DNA of 64,000 nucleotides from Blastocatellia bacterium (GTDB lineage Bacteria; Acidobacteriota; Blastocatellia; UBA7656): NCBI GenBank assembly GCA_963765495.1, contig CAVXWP010000003.1, positions 160,001 to 224,000 of the forward strand, read 5' to 3'. Shown piece by piece: positions 63,229 to 64,000 of this stretch (position 1 is its first letter; each line of letters starts with the position of its first letter). The notes under the pieces were generated by a model. It saw only the letters and a program-made list of their open reading frames with translations, ran no database searches and was not told where the DNA came from. The position numbers and the translations under genes were made by a program.

Positions 63229-64000
63229 ATGAACGAAGAGGACAACAAAGACTGTAACGAGAATAAGGGCTGTCTGGGACTCGCCCTTGAACGGATGAGA
63301 TACTTCACGGGGCGCTTTATGACCGCCCGCGATTTCCGCGACGAGCAGACTTATCACCTGACGCACAGGCTCATGCACAACCGGATGCTCCACGGCTGGG
63401 GCGTCGTCTGCGGGCTGCATGTAAACCAGCACCCTACACCAGACTGCCGCAATGATCGCGTGAAGGTCAGTTCAGGCATGGCAGTAGATTGTTGCGGGCG
63501 CGAGATCATCGTGCCCTATGCCCTCGTGCCTCCGCCTATACCCTGGAATGAGCGACCGGCTGATCCGCCCGACGTATCGCAGGAAGCAGGAGGCTACGCA
63601 GAAGACCGGCGATGGTACCCGATGCTCTGTCTGCACTACAAAGAGACTCTTATAGATCAGGTTCCCGTACTCTACAGCGAAGGCAACTGCGACGAGCAGC
63701 GACGGGAATACAGCCGGATACTTGAAGGCTACGAATTCAAATGGAGTTGGGTGCGCCGCCGCGATCTGCCTGAATATCACTGGAGGATTCGCGGCGGGGG
63801 GTGCCGCGAACCGGCTCAGGAAGAGCAGAAGGGTTACGACCACCCGACCGAACAACAGGCAGAACAGGCAACGGAGGCGAGCTACCAACAGCCCGCCGGA
63901 CAGGAATACAAACAGGGGAAAGATTACGGCGGCGCTCAACCTCGTCCGTGCCCCGAAGACGATTGCGATTCGGACGGCGAGACTTATGTCAGCTGTCTTG
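63229..64000 (+). CDS. eCIS tail-fibre/baseplate-distal protein, N-terminal part (runs off window)
   Basis: AAGGAG RBS; ERMRYFTGRFMTARDFRDEQ...HNRMLHGWGVVCGL...GMAVDCCGREI; frame open to the end. Confidence 0.75.
   Translation, partial: MNEEDNKDCNENKGCLGLALERMRYFTGRFMTARDFRDEQTYHLTHRLMHNRMLHGWGVVCGLHVNQHPTPDCRNDRVKVSSGMAVDCCGREIIVPYALVPPPIPWNERPADPPDVSQEAGGYAEDRRWYPMLCLHYKETLIDQVPVLYSEGNCDEQRREYSRILEGYEFKWSWVRRRDLPEYHWRIRGGGCREPAQEEQKGYDHPTEQQAEQATEASYQQPAGQEYKQGKDYGGAQPRPCPEDDCDSDGETYVSCL

Noticed and set aside
15083-63939. Numerous antisense/overlapping ORFs of 60-350 aa
   Set aside because: They shadow well-supported genes in GC-rich DNA and carry no recognisable motifs.
48226-64000. Prophage or T6SS
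   Set aside because: No capsid, portal, terminase or lysis genes and no TssJLM/ClpV. DUF4255, the LysM initiator and gp19-type tubes indicate an eCIS.

Overview
Chromosomal window from a GC-rich bacterium. Gene content and style suggest Acidobacteriota/Blastocatellia, which is inference only. Six blocks: (1) The 3' end of a type I-B-like CRISPR-Cas locus: probable cas3 tail, hicB plus stop-interrupted hicA, cas4, cas1 carrying a ~75-aa acidic insertion, cas2, leader, and a 139-repeat array. Its leader-proximal ~125 spacers have a highly non-natural composition. (2) An IS4-family element that cuts the array mid-spacer with no target duplication, followed by a tyrosine integrase split by a 205-bp MITE. 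(3) A PP2C/Ser-Thr kinase/FHA signalling cluster. (4) A ~23-kb low-oxygen metabolism region (PFOR, Pat-like acetyltransferase, multiheme cytochromes, hemN, hemerythrin, cydAB, PAS kinase, USPs, sigma54 activator) with several sigma54 promoters sharing a phased upstream motif. (5) A stand-alone Dna2-like nuclease-helicase flanked by palindromic repeats. (6) An extracellular contractile injection system (eCIS/Afp-like) operon with two sheaths and two tubes, running off the right edge.
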